Shown here: in pieces, positions 37,893 to 48,236 of the stretch
Numbering within the stretch: the first letter of the stretch is position 1
Layout of the letters: every line of letters begins with the position of its first letter
Notes under the pieces: generated by a model
What the model was told of the DNA's origin: nothing
Seen by the model: only the letters and a program-made list of their open reading frames with translations
Database searches by the model: none
From: a virus
Length of the DNA: 64,000 nt
Virus record (IMG/VR): IMGVR_UViG_3300020200_000014
Location: 1-64,000 of that record
Strand: one strand, 5' to 3'
Translations under genes and position numbers: made by a program

Positions 37893-38678
37893 TTGGATAT
37901 GTCAATACAATCAAGAACAAAAGAAGAAATATATAGGTATTTCCAAGATTGTGGTTGCACTCTCTTAGAAGACTATAGAACTGCTACGTATAAAATGAAA
38001 TATATCTGCAAATGTGGTAGAGAATCTAAAATTAGTTGGAATAAATTTTTAGGTGGGAGGCGATGTGGATTTTGTGATCCTACCGGCAGAAAAAAGAAAT
38101 ATTCTTTAGAAGAAGTTAAAGTCTTTTTTAGTGAAAGAGGATGCGTTTTATTGGCTGAGTCTTATGACAATAACAGATCGCCTCTTTTGTATAGATGTGT
38201 CTGCAACAATGTAGCTAAAATCTGTTTAACTGCTTTTCTGTACCAAAATCAGTTATGTATGAAATGTGGAGCTAAAGCTAGAACAGGTAAAAATAATCAT
38301 ATGTGGATGGAAGACAGAGAAAAGCTTAAACTAAATTATAACTTTAGACAGAGATGCCGTCGTATCTTACAAAGAACTTTAAAAATAACTAATCAAAAAA
38401 AATATGCTACTACCAATAAATCATTAGGCTACAGTAGCAAACAATTAATGGAACATATAACTTCTTTTGCTAATTGGGGATTAATTAGTCAGGATGTATG
38501 GCACATAGATCATATATTTCCAATAAAGGCTTTTTGTGATTTTGGCATTAAAGACATAAAAATCATTAATTGTCTTGATAATTTAAGGCCTATTTCTAAA
38601 AAAGAAAACCAACTTAAAAATGATACATATAATAAAGAGGAATTCAAAAATTGGTTAGCAAAAAAAATAGTTTTATGA
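37893..38678 (+). CDS. HNH endonuclease with Zn-finger repeats
   Basis: CKCG..RCGFC repeats; WHIDHIFP...NLRP...ENQLK. Confidence 0.85.
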   Translation: MDMSIQSRTKEEIYRYFQDCGCTLLEDYRTATYKMKYICKCGRESKISWNKFLGGRRCGFCDPTGRKKKYSLEEVKVFFSERGCVLLAESYDNNRSPLLYRCVCNNVAKICLTAFLYQNQLCMKCGAKARTGKNNHMWMEDREKLKLNYNFRQRCRRILQRTLKITNQKKYATTNKSLGYSSKQLMEHITSFANWGLISQDVWHIDHIFPIKAFCDFGIKDIKIINCLDNLRPISKKENQLKNDTYNKEEFKNWLAKKIVL

Positions 38679-39184
38679 GTTTTAGATCATTTCTTGAGAA
38701 TGAAGAAATAGGCGAATGGCTTTTTTTCATTAATTTTAAACCAACAATTTGTGAAACCGCAGATAGCACTAGATATAGTATTGAAGTTAATTATAGAACT
38801 ACGCAAGATGAAATTTTATCAGCAGGAGCGAAAATAATACTTGGCTATGTTTCTGCTGGCATTAAGCAATATGACTTTCATGTTAAGCATGTTTATGCTG
38901 AAAAACCTATTAGAATATTGATTTCTAGCCGCAATTGGGATGATGGAGAATGGACTGTGCTTGTCTCTTGGAATGACAAAGAAAAATGTTTTGTTGCGTC
39001 AAAAGGTTTCTACAATAAAGATAGGCGAACTGTTTCCATACAGAGTAGTGAGAAATGTAGTGGAGAGAATGCCGCTGAGATTACAAAACAGGTTTATAAT
39101 ATGATGTATGATTTGAAGGGTAAACCTGACAGACACATGGAGAAATTAAAACCTGTAAAATTAAAGCCGGGGCCTAAAAGTTGA
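38675..39184 (+). CDS. hypothetical protein with CTS-like start
   Basis: MSFRSFLENE; ATGA coupling. Confidence 0.65.
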   Translation: MSFRSFLENEEIGEWLFFINFKPTICETADSTRYSIEVNYRTTQDEILSAGAKIILGYVSAGIKQYDFHVKHVYAEKPIRILISSRNWDDGEWTVLVSWNDKEKCFVASKGFYNKDRRTVSIQSSEKCSGENAAEITKQVYNMMYDLKGKPDRHMEKLKPVKLKPGPKS

Positions 39185-39211
39185 TATTATTCAGCAAATG
39201 GGTTGGCTTTG

Positions 39212-39418
39212 CTAAAGGTTATCAAAGCGGCAAGGAAAATTGGTAAAAATAGATTTAAGCACAGGCAATCCTTCCTTAGACATACTACCGCTTAACTTGG
39301 AAGCTTCCTCAAATGTATCATGACAAAAATCACAACCACCACCATTGCAACTAGTGTTTTTACATCTTTCGCACACTATGCAAGCACAATTACATGTCTC
39401 ACACCAATACCAATCCAT
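39212..39418 (-). CDS. small Cys-rich protein
   Basis: CETCNCAC.VCERC..SCNGGGCDFC; AGGAG SD. Confidence 0.6.
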   Translation of the reverse strand: MDWYWCETCNCACIVCERCKNTSCNGGGCDFCHDTFEEASKLSGSMSKEGLPVLKSIFTNFPCRFDNL

Positions 39419-39427
39419 TTAATTCTC

Positions 39428-39939
39428 CTAGTCAGCACATCTAAAAACAATAGAATATCGTAAATCTATTGCTGGTTCTGTTGAATGTTCCCAGCTATCT
39501 CTAATTTCTCCACTAATTTGCATTAAACTTTTAGCTGGCAATGGCACTGTATAATTTAACTTTTCTTTTCTTTTAGAGAAAATCATTTTTGTTTCACTTA
39601 AAAGACTTAAAACTGTAATTATTTGACCGCTTTCTTTGCTATCAATATGTGCTGATATTTTTTGCCCTTCAAAATATTCATTTATAGTTACAGAAGCAGG
39701 TCTGGTTTTAACTAAGTTTTTTTCAACCAATCTATCTAAAATGAAATTAAAATACTCAGGAATAATAGAAGACACCATATTGCTTTTATAAGGCAAATCC
39801 GAACCATACCTCATTATATTATTTCTGTTTTTAGTTTTTTTATAGTCCCAGACTTTATATTTTTCATTAATTCTTGTTCTTCTTCAACAGTAATAAAGTC
39901 AAAAACAATAGAAAATCCTAAACTTTCAATATTTTCCAA
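39428..39939 (-). CDS. AlkB-like 2OG-Fe(II) oxygenase, split by a frameshift at an A7 run
   Basis: DFITVEEEQEL N-terminus (39814-39939) and INEY..GQ.I.AHID...WEH...RYSIVFR (39428-39814) in different frames. Confidence 0.8.
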
Positions 39940-39948
39940 TAAAAACTC

Positions 39949-40920
39949 CTAAGAACATTGAGCAGGCAATGAACACACAGGCAATATGTCTGAAGGCACA
40001 TATGGCGCACAACACAATCCAATTTCAGGTGGAAGCGGTAAAATTTCACATTCAAGAATTTCTCCGTTACAAATACACCGTAAAATAACTGGTTCACCTA
40101 CAGCACTAGCCGTCAATGGCAAACTTATATTAATATATATCTCTTCGACTAAATCAGGATACCTTTCAACTAGACGATCATCAGATGATATACATATAAC
40201 TTGATCACTATCAGTTCGAGACGTTGCACTCAATTCAATAAGACCACTATATTGTGGATTTGCGAAAACAATATTCGCACTAATTACAACTGTGTCTCCT
40301 ACATATAAAGGACAATGATCAGTAGCAATTGATATAAAATTACCAAAATCATCAACAAAAGCATCTTGACAAACTCCACAATCATCATTATCACATAGGT
40401 TTGAATTAATTGATGCTGCATTATATGTCACAGTCATTTTTATCATACATGCATCAGGCTGCGACATATCAAGTTCGCCAAAATCTACACTGGAAGGCCA
40501 CGCATCCCATAAAACACAAGTTTCAACAACATTACCACACCCATCTAACATCTCTAATATAATTCTGCCAAATGCACTCTGACAAGGTGGCACATTCACA
40601 CTAAAAGGGTCTTTTGTTCTCATATAAATTTGAATCCATCTATATAATGAATTCAAGTCTAAACCAACTACATCATAAAAACTAAATTCTATAGGCTCAT
40701 AAGTAACTTCTTGTGCAGGTATTTTATATTTTTGACCATTATAATGAACATCTACTTCATCTATATTTATTTTTGGGCGACTACCACTAAATACATTTGA
40801 AGCCCAAAAATATTCAGTATTCGAACCACATGTGAAACTTAAACTAAATCTCCATCTAAATTTTCGCTTGAAAATTATATTTGGCCCACCAAGCGGTCCT
40901 AATCCCATATTACTAGACAT
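39949..40920 (-). CDS. tail tube (T4 gp19-like) paralog with Cys-rich C-terminal extension
   Basis: FKRKFRW, SRPKI, LDGCGN, WPSSVDFGELD. Confidence 0.8.
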   Translation of the reverse strand: MSSNMGLGPLGGPNIIFKRKFRWRFSLSFTCGSNTEYFWASNVFSGSRPKINIDEVDVHYNGQKYKIPAQEVTYEPIEFSFYDVVGLDLNSLYRWIQIYMRTKDPFSVNVPPCQSAFGRIILEMLDGCGNVVETCVLWDAWPSSVDFGELDMSQPDACMIKMTVTYNAASINSNLCDNDDCGVCQDAFVDDFGNFISIATDHCPLYVGDTVVISANIVFANPQYSGLIELSATSRTDSDQVICISSDDRLVERYPDLVEEIYINISLPLTASAVGEPVILRCICNGEILECEILPLPPEIGLCCAPYVPSDILPVCSLPAQCS

Positions 40921-40965
40921 AATTACCTTTAATTGATTTAATTAATATGTTGACTAAAATATATA

Positions 40966-41695
40966 TTAGTCATTATCTTTATTTAACAACTCCTCAACCA
41001 ATTTAGGCATCTGTTCTCCTGCTTTACCTGCAAATTTAGTAAAACTATGCAATCGTAAAGGAGGCTCTGGATCAACCCAATATTTCTTTTCAGTATCCTT
41101 AAATTCAAATATCAAACCAGCTGCCGGATAAACCTGGGCACTCGTTCCAACCCCTATAAATATATCAGCTTCTCTCTTTAACTGTTCCAAATATTTATCT
41201 TGTAAATCTACTGCCTCACCAAACCAAACAACATCTGGCCTTAAATGTCCACCACACAAAGGACAAAAATCATTTATCGTGGCAGGTTTATTATGAACAA
41301 TCTTATAGTTACAACTAAATTTATCGTTTTTAGCTATAGAACTATGCCACTCACACTTCCTAAAACTCAAGCTTCCATGCAGATGCCACACATTCATACA
41401 CCCAGCCCTTTCCAACAAATCATCTACATTTTGAGTTATATTGATTACATTATACTTTTCTTGTAACTTAGCTATAGCCTTATGTGCCGCATTAGGTTCT
41501 GCTGCCTGCACATTGTTCCATCTATCTGCATAAAATTGTAACATCACTTCTTTGTTCCATTTCCAAGCATTATGGTCCGCAACTTCCTCCACCTTATAAT
41601 TATGCCACAAACCATCAGTAGAATCACTAAAAGTTGGAATCCCGCTCTCTTTAGATAACCCAGCACCAGATAAGACAACTACTGTTTTTTTTCAT
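40966..41695 (-). CDS. cobB: sirtuin (CobB-like NAD-dependent deacylase), +1 frameshift in an A8 run after the ATG
   Basis: SGAGLSKESGIPTF, TQNVDDL, HLHGSL, LRPDVVWFGE, GTSAQVYPAAG. Confidence 0.85.
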
Positions 41696-41715
41696 ATGCT
41701 CTACTATAGTAAAGA

Positions 41716-42408
41716 ATGGAATATATCGACAAAGGAAATGGGAACCCGGTTGTATTATTTAGCGGAACACCTTCAGGATCAGATCACATTTTACTCTTTG
41801 AAGGTCTTCTAGACAAGTTCAGAATTATTAGCCCTTCTAGACCTGGATATCTAGGAACTCCCCTCAATGGTCCAAGCAGCATCACAGATCAAGCTTGGAT
41901 GTTTTTCGATCTTCTAAATAAGCTAAACATCAACAAAACATCATTATTAGCTCATTCAGGTGGTGGACCATATGCCTTAGAATTTGTCAAACTATTTCCA
42001 GAAAAAGTAGACAAACTAATTCTTTGCTCTGCGTTAGTTAAGCCTGATAAAATTGGTTTGCTTTCTAGAATATTTTGGCAAAATTGGATTCTAAGATTAG
42101 GCGGATTCTTTGCCCCACAATATAAAGCTTATCTCCAATTACTCATGCCAAAAAGAAAACGCATAGATGGCTTTAACAATGATGCATATAATTTCAAAAA
42201 TATGCCAGTCTTTAATTTTAGCTCCATCAATTGCCCAACTCTAATACTTCATGACCTAAATGACAGCTTTGTTAAGTTTGAACAAGCACAACTAGCCAAT
42301 CACATTCCAAAATCTATTCTAATGACATTTTCTGGGAACCATTTCTTAACAATTGGCCCAGATAAAGATGAAGTTTATGAGGCAATGGAAGGGTTTTTGG
42401 AGAAGTGA
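41716..42408 (+). CDS. alpha/beta hydrolase
   Basis: SRPGY, AHSGGG nucleophile elbow, LILH...D, GNH. Confidence 0.85.
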   Translation: MEYIDKGNGNPVVLFSGTPSGSDHILLFEGLLDKFRIISPSRPGYLGTPLNGPSSITDQAWMFFDLLNKLNINKTSLLAHSGGGPYALEFVKLFPEKVDKLILCSALVKPDKIGLLSRIFWQNWILRLGGFFAPQYKAYLQLLMPKRKRIDGFNNDAYNFKNMPVFNFSSINCPTLILHDLNDSFVKFEQAQLANHIPKSILMTFSGNHFLTIGPDKDEVYEAMEGFLEK

Positions 42409-42516
42409 GCTTGACAAAAGAAATAAGTTTTGAAATAATACTTTTGCCTAACCTGACCTATTAGGGTGTGGTGTGGTAGGGTATAATAGGCTGTTGTTGA
42501 AGAGGAATGGGGCAAC

Positions 42517-44181
42517 TCATTCCTCTTTTATTTTGTATATCCACGTTTTCTTGCCACAATCCCAAATGCGGCTAAAACCTCTTGCATTAGCCCATTGCAC
42601 TTCTGTTAATTCTGGAGGGCAATTGGTTTTCTTCTTTTGTTGAGATTGTTTACTATATCTTAATTTAGGTTTCTTTGTAGACACATAAGAATAATCTGCT
42701 TTTTCTTCTATTAGTAGCTCAAATCCTAGTTTTTTATATACATTACCTTGACTCCATCTATTATCACTCCAAGTTCTAATCTCTTCTTTATTATTATTAT
42801 TAGCCCATTCTTTACAACGTTCAAACAACCTTGCCGCCCCTCCAACCACATTTATTCCTGATTTCACGCAAAATCTGTCTAAGGTTATTATGTCTAGGTA
42901 TCCTCTATGATGTCTTCCTAATGACATGGCAGCAACAATTTCTTTTTTATACTCCAAAACAAAAAACACGGACCCTAAGTTATTACCATATTGAATATGA
43001 TTTTGATTACAAAATTCATTAAATATTTTTCTGTTTACTTGTTGAACTTTGCATTTTCTAGCATATATTGTTTCTGTGTTTTTGTTTAAAACAGATTGCA
43101 AAAATCCTTTGACTTGTTTATTTCTAAATTTCCATTCATCTTCAAATATAGTAATTAATCTAATGCCTTTCTCTAAACATTTAATATATTTATCGTAATG
43201 ATATTTTACATCTCTAGGTTGAGGAGAATCTTCATTGTGCCAAAAAAGCCCACAATACTCTATTGCTACGTTTATTTTTGGATCATATAAATCAATTTCT
43301 TTTCCTTCCAACAACAAATAATCATTTTCAAAAGAAAAGCCCATAGAATTCAACCAATCTTTCAATTCTTTTTCTGCTTTTCCATATTTTTGATTTTTTG
43401 TTAAACATAATGGATTAGGAACGCCTAACCTTTCCATACAAACATTTCTATAATTCAATTTTGATTCATCTGTTTGAGAATAATAATCCTTGTCATACCT
43501 GGATTTCATTGTCTCTTTTGCCTTGGCTCTGTTTTCTGGCAATTGTGATTCATGCAAAACGCCTTTTTCGTCAAGACATTTTTTTGTCCTGTTAGTCCAA
43601 TATTCTTCGGTTTGAGTATAATTTCTTTTCCCAAATGTGCTTTCACAAGTATCTTCCCTTTTTTTCAAACTAACAGGATTTAACATCGGATGATCAAATC
43701 CAGAAGCCTCTTGATATCCATTTTTTTGCATTTCTTTAAAATCAGGATGTTGAGAAATATTTTTTACTCCCCACACTTTTTCGCAACTTTCTTGTTGTAT
43801 AGTTCTTACTTCAGAAGACTGCATAGGATGGTCTACTCCCCAATTCTTACGAGAAGTTTTTTTTCTTTTTTCTTTATTATTTTTTGTTTGAGAATAATAT
43901 TCCACTCCGTTTTCTTTTAAACATTTCTCCTTCATATCATCTTTAAACTTATTTGTTTTAAATATGTTTGTTTCGCCATGAAGAAGCAACGACACTTCTT
44001 CTTTTTTCTTTAGTTTACATTCTTTAGCTCCACAACTATCTTTTTGAATATGCTTATTGCATTTTTCTCTACTATGCTTTTGCCTTTGAAATTCCGCTCC
44101 ACAATAATCACATTTAAACCAAACAATATCAACAAACCTAACTTTTTTGTAAGATTTGTCTAACTTTTCTTCAATAATCAT
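42517..44181 (-). CDS. Hef-like endonuclease: basic N-terminal repeats, PD-(D/E)xK domain and GNAT-like C-terminal domain
   Basis: K.CL...GV.(N/H) repeats; EIDLY...AIEYCGLFWH; IYARKC...DRFC...GNVYKKLGF...IWDCG. Confidence 0.75.
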   Translation of the reverse strand: MIIEEKLDKSYKKVRFVDIVWFKCDYCGAEFQRQKHSREKCNKHIQKDSCGAKECKLKKKEEVSLLLHGETNIFKTNKFKDDMKEKCLKENGVEYYSQTKNNKEKRKKTSRKNWGVDHPMQSSEVRTIQQESCEKVWGVKNISQHPDFKEMQKNGYQEASGFDHPMLNPVSLKKREDTCESTFGKRNYTQTEEYWTNRTKKCLDEKGVLHESQLPENRAKAKETMKSRYDKDYYSQTDESKLNYRNVCMERLGVPNPLCLTKNQKYGKAEKELKDWLNSMGFSFENDYLLLEGKEIDLYDPKINVAIEYCGLFWHNEDSPQPRDVKYHYDKYIKCLEKGIRLITIFEDEWKFRNKQVKGFLQSVLNKNTETIYARKCKVQQVNRKIFNEFCNQNHIQYGNNLGSVFFVLEYKKEIVAAMSLGRHHRGYLDIITLDRFCVKSGINVVGGAARLFERCKEWANNNNKEEIRTWSDNRWSQGNVYKKLGFELLIEEKADYSYVSTKKPKLRYSKQSQQKKKTNCPPELTEVQWANARGFSRIWDCGKKTWIYKIKEE

Positions 44182-44189
44182 AACTTATT

Positions 44190-44218
44190 ATTGTAATGCA
44201 AAAAACATATGTTGTCAA
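44190..44218 (-). promoter_or_regulatory. sigma70-type promoter for the endonuclease gene
   Basis: TTGACA-17-TACAAT, 8 nt before ATG 44181; -35 overlaps the neck gene stop. Confidence 0.7.
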
Positions 44219-45096
44219 TCGAGAGAAATGTAAGGCAAATCCCCCCAGCGATTAATTAATCTTTCTTCCCAATCCTTTTTGTCTTGCATTCCTTCTTGGA
44301 GTAAATTTTCTCCATCTAATTGAATGCCGCCTTGAGGTCCAGGCAGTTGCTTATATTTACTTCGTATTCTACCTAACATAATTTTAGCGAAAGCCAAAGC
44401 GCCTTCTTGCATCGCAGAACTTACTTGTTTAAAGTCAGGCTTCTTCTGTAAATAATTTACTATTACAGGCCAGCAACGGCATGGAATCGGGTATAATTTA
44501 ATATTGCAATAGCCATCAACCCATTCCCAGCCGCCAATTTGTGAACTTAATCTATTATACATTTGGTCGTATTGCTTGTACAAAACCCATTCGCCCATTC
44601 TACCATAAATAGGTTGGTTTGGATCAAGTAAACCTCCTTGCATAGAAGCATAACTTCCACCCGGATAATAATATTCTATAGGTAACGCCCCGCCTAAATC
44701 ATTAGCATTAAAGCTTAGACTCGGTTGTTTCTTATAAAAGACATTTCTAATAAATCCTACATCAGCTGGCATTGTGTAGACGCTTTTTCCGGCTGTTGTA
44801 TTAAAAACATAATAGGTAAAATATTCTCTAGGTGCCCATTCTTCGAAGACTTGGAGAGCTAGATCGACAGCACCATCTAAGTTTTGGTTATCTAGCTCAA
44901 TTTTGACTACTGGCGCACCTAACATAAGGAGAACATAGTCTTTTATTTGTTCTCGTACCTTTTCACGGTATTTTCTTGCCCCTATCTTGCCACAACCTAC
45001 TGGATCGGTGAGGCTTAGGCAATCTCCATTTGAACAGCCAGTGGAACTTCTTGGCAAGTCAATAAAGATGTTATTGTTGTCGCAATTTGTTGACAT
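44215..45096 (-). CDS. neck protein (T4 gp13-like)
   Basis: LGAPVVKIELD, GRIRSKY..LPGPQGGIQLDGE.L..EG. Confidence 0.85.
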   Translation of the reverse strand: MSTNCDNNNIFIDLPRSSTGCSNGDCLSLTDPVGCGKIGARKYREKVREQIKDYVLLMLGAPVVKIELDNQNLDGAVDLALQVFEEWAPREYFTYYVFNTTAGKSVYTMPADVGFIRNVFYKKQPSLSFNANDLGGALPIEYYYPGGSYASMQGGLLDPNQPIYGRMGEWVLYKQYDQMYNRLSSQIGGWEWVDGYCNIKLYPIPCRCWPVIVNYLQKKPDFKQVSSAMQEGALAFAKIMLGRIRSKYKQLPGPQGGIQLDGENLLQEGMQDKKDWEERLINRWGDLPYISLD

Positions 45097-45104
45097 TATA
45101 AATA
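45097..45104 (+). promoter_or_regulatory. T4-type late promoter
   Basis: Exact TATAAATA between divergent late-type genes. Confidence 0.55.
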
Positions 45105-45126
45105 TATATGTTTAGGAAAATTCAAA

Positions 45127-48084
45127 ATGCGTACAAAATCTTTTTCTGATTATATCTCAAAAGAATGGGATGTTTGGAGATTTACAAAGCTGCAAGAGGC
45201 TAGAGAAAAGCTTACAGAGAACAAAGAAGGTTCTCCAATGGCTTATGCTGGCAATCAATCTAAAGCTCCTTTGCTTTGGACTGAGGATGATATGAAGTTT
45301 TTGTCACAATTTCCAGTGTCTTTGTGGTCCCAAGCTTTACAATGGAGATATAATGAAGGTTTAATTCAAGTATCAAAACTTAGAGAAGAAGACCCTAATG
45401 GAAAAAAAGGTAGTTATGATTCTATCCCTGATGAAATTCCAGAAATTACTTTAAGAGGAATGGGCGGCAAGAAATATAAATTCTACAATGTTTATACTGG
45501 TTTTAAACAGTTAATGCAGATGTTAGAAAAGCCTATAAAATATAGAAAAAGTCATAACCCAATGGGATATTACAAGGACAATCCAGAAGGTCCAGGTATT
45601 GAAGACATAGACCCATTCGAAACTAATCCAGAAAGTGAGAAGCATAGAAGCAAATATTCTGGAGGTTTACACGATTACGATCTTTCTCATCCAATAGAAG
45701 TTTCAGATGAGTATATTGATTCTATTCCTGATGAAGATATTGTAGTTCCAAAAGGGAAAGAAAGGACTCCGCAAAATATAGAAAAAGCAAGAGACAAGAT
45801 GAAAAAAGATAGGTATAATTCTTTCCAAGGGATGGCAGTCTTAAGGCCAGTTGTTGCTTCAAAACTACTTGCCAATTGGTTAAAAGCACAAGGTTTAGGA
45901 TTATTAGGGGAAGTTCCTAATCAAGTAAAAGACCCTATAACTGGTCAAACTGTAGCAACAAAGCAAGTAAATCCAGATGCTGTTGATAAAAGATTGAAAC
46001 TAAGAGTGGGAGAGGACGACAATAAAAGCTTTAATCACGGCCCTTCAGCAATTGGTGGTAAGCGTGTACCCATTAATCTTCCTGCTTTTGAAAGAAAAAT
46101 AAATTATGTCGAGGTTTCAAAAGATGGCAAGGAAAAGCAGGTTACAAAAAATGTACTAATGCCATATTTGAAGCCAGGCGTAATATTGCCGAGAATTTTT
46201 GATTTATCATTAGATCAAAAATATATTCTAGCAACAAGAAACAAGGAATTCGTTGACAATTATGAAAAACTTTGTCCCCAGCTTGGGCCATTAACTCCTG
46301 GAAATTGGAGTCATATATATCAAACTTGTACAGCAGCAAAAAGGGCGGCTCAGGTCAATGAGTTATCTAAATTGCTAACAAATTATGATATTCTAACTCC
46401 CGAACAGGTTGATCATTTAAAGAAAAATCAAAGAGACTTATATCATGTGGCTTCTTCTGAATTTGCTGGTTCTAAAGACCCTTGGAGCAAAGCAGGTGGA
46501 TTTTATCCTATTGGCTGGTCAACGAATAAAGGAAAAAGAAAGATTGTTCCTGCCGATATGGAACAAGATCAATTAAGAACAGCAATCGATAAGCACTGGC
46601 AAGAATTATTTGATTTGTCTTTTAAACAAATCGGTTATTTTATAAGTTGGGCTAGAAAAAGCAATGAATTACCAAAGGCTGTAGTAGACATGTTGGAAAG
46701 AATTCATCCTGATTTGGCTAATGTTGCAGCAGCTTTACTTGGTTTAAATTTAAATCATCCACGTTTAGGTGTTTATGACCCTGAATCGGGTTTAACCAAT
46801 GTAAAGGGTGAAGACTCTGATTTGAAACAAGACAGAGCTAATTATGTGATGAATTTAACAAGGGATTTATCGCAAGCAGCTTTTGGTGATTTGCCGGGAC
46901 GTAGACAAAGAGAAAAAGGTGGTGCCAAAACAGTAAGTGCGAGTTCAGGAGACGCAGAAAAAGGTAGTCTGTCTGATATTATCTCTACTGATGCTGGTAT
47001 TTCTGGTAATTCTGGTTGGGATACTCGTAGAACATGGCTTAATCCAAAGACTGAACCTATTATTGATCCTTCTGGAAACGTTACTTATCAACCTACCAGA
47101 ATGATTTGGAATGTTCCACAAATTAACCACAAAATTGACGCATACTTCAAAACAAAGAGAAATTTGATTGCGTCACGATTAGGTGATGATTTTGCTCAAA
47201 TGGTTGATAATACAAGAGATAAGCTAAAGACTGAAGTTGCTGCAATGAATGAATTAATGAGCAAAGCAACAAAAGAGCTTGAATCACAAGGTTTTAGTGG
47301 AGAGAAACTTGAAGACAAAGCAAGAGAAATGGCCATGTCACAATTGTCAGATAAATTAAAGGAACTAAGACCTGACCTTTACAGCAAATCTTCTTCCTCT
47401 GAAATGGAAGACATTGCACGAAAGTTTAAAGACTTCAATAAATCTAATTTTAGTGCAGAAGTAAAGGGCAAAGAAGATGAAGTAATGATGAGCTTCTTTG
47501 ATTCTTTATTGAATGGCGAATCTGTGCCTATGCCTTATTATGACGAAAATACGGGTGAATTTAGCAAAACAGAGCAAGCATTTTCATTAGATCAGTTAAT
47601 GAAGAGTGGTGTGAACAGTGCCAAGTCAGTATTGCAGTTCATATTTAAACTTTGGAGCGAAGAAGGTGCAGAAGAATATGCTGTACCTATGACAATGGCT
47701 GTTAGCAAGAAAATGGGACAGAATATATCTGAAAATGATGCGATACAGCAAGTTGTAACAGCTTCGCAACAGATGGAAAGGCCGATTAAGCCTAATCAAA
47801 AACCTACCCAAACTGCTGCCGCTCCTCAACCAACTGCACAACCAATGAAACAAGCTGCAAGTGATATTAGCAGTGTTGTACAAGATTTGCCAAATAACTA
47901 TATGAAAATTTGGAATATGAAGGATAAGTTCGCTGACCCAATGGCAAAACAACTGTTGCAGGTCTATTTTGACAAGTTGATTAAGCAAATACAGGGTATG
48001 GCGGCTCAACAGCAAGAAATACCAGATAACTTATTAGCTGCACTTAAGGTAGTTGGACAAGTGTTGAAAGGAAAACCTATATGA
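45127..48084 (+). CDS. large (985 aa) putative internal/ejection protein
   Basis: KSFSDYI...LQEA..LTEN N-terminus; Gln/Ala-rich helical C-terminus. Confidence 0.6.
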   Translation: MRTKSFSDYISKEWDVWRFTKLQEAREKLTENKEGSPMAYAGNQSKAPLLWTEDDMKFLSQFPVSLWSQALQWRYNEGLIQVSKLREEDPNGKKGSYDSIPDEIPEITLRGMGGKKYKFYNVYTGFKQLMQMLEKPIKYRKSHNPMGYYKDNPEGPGIEDIDPFETNPESEKHRSKYSGGLHDYDLSHPIEVSDEYIDSIPDEDIVVPKGKERTPQNIEKARDKMKKDRYNSFQGMAVLRPVVASKLLANWLKAQGLGLLGEVPNQVKDPITGQTVATKQVNPDAVDKRLKLRVGEDDNKSFNHGPSAIGGKRVPINLPAFERKINYVEVSKDGKEKQVTKNVLMPYLKPGVILPRIFDLSLDQKYILATRNKEFVDNYEKLCPQLGPLTPGNWSHIYQTCTAAKRAAQVNELSKLLTNYDILTPEQVDHLKKNQRDLYHVASSEFAGSKDPWSKAGGFYPIGWSTNKGKRKIVPADMEQDQLRTAIDKHWQELFDLSFKQIGYFISWARKSNELPKAVVDMLERIHPDLANVAAALLGLNLNHPRLGVYDPESGLTNVKGEDSDLKQDRANYVMNLTRDLSQAAFGDLPGRRQREKGGAKTVSASSGDAEKGSLSDIISTDAGISGNSGWDTRRTWLNPKTEPIIDPSGNVTYQPTRMIWNVPQINHKIDAYFKTKRNLIASRLGDDFAQMVDNTRDKLKTEVAAMNELMSKATKELESQGFSGEKLEDKAREMAMSQLSDKLKELRPDLYSKSSSSEMEDIARKFKDFNKSNFSAEVKGKEDEVMMSFFDSLLNGESVPMPYYDENTGEFSKTEQAFSLDQLMKSGVNSAKSVLQFIFKLWSEEGAEEYAVPMTMAVSKKMGQNISENDAIQQVVTASQQMERPIKPNQKPTQTAAAPQPTAQPMKQAASDISSVVQDLPNNYMKIWNMKDKFADPMAKQLLQVYFDKLIKQIQGMAAQQQEIPDNLLAALKVVGQVLKGKPI

Positions 48085-48236
48085 TGACATTTAAAGAATG
48101 GGTAGAAAAAAAATTAAAAGAAATGGCTGGAACTGGCGCTATAGTAAGTAGTTGCAAAGGTGATAAAGATTTTCAAGTTTTTGGAGCGTGCAGTGATATT
48201 AAAAAAAATCAAAAAAATAAAATGGGCAAAAAGTGA
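48081..48236 (+). CDS. small putative internal virion protein (51 aa)
   Basis: MMTFKEWVEKKLKEMAGTGAI... read manually; ATGA coupling. Confidence 0.6.
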   Translation: MMTFKEWVEKKLKEMAGTGAIVSSCKGDKDFQVFGACSDIKKNQKNKMGKK

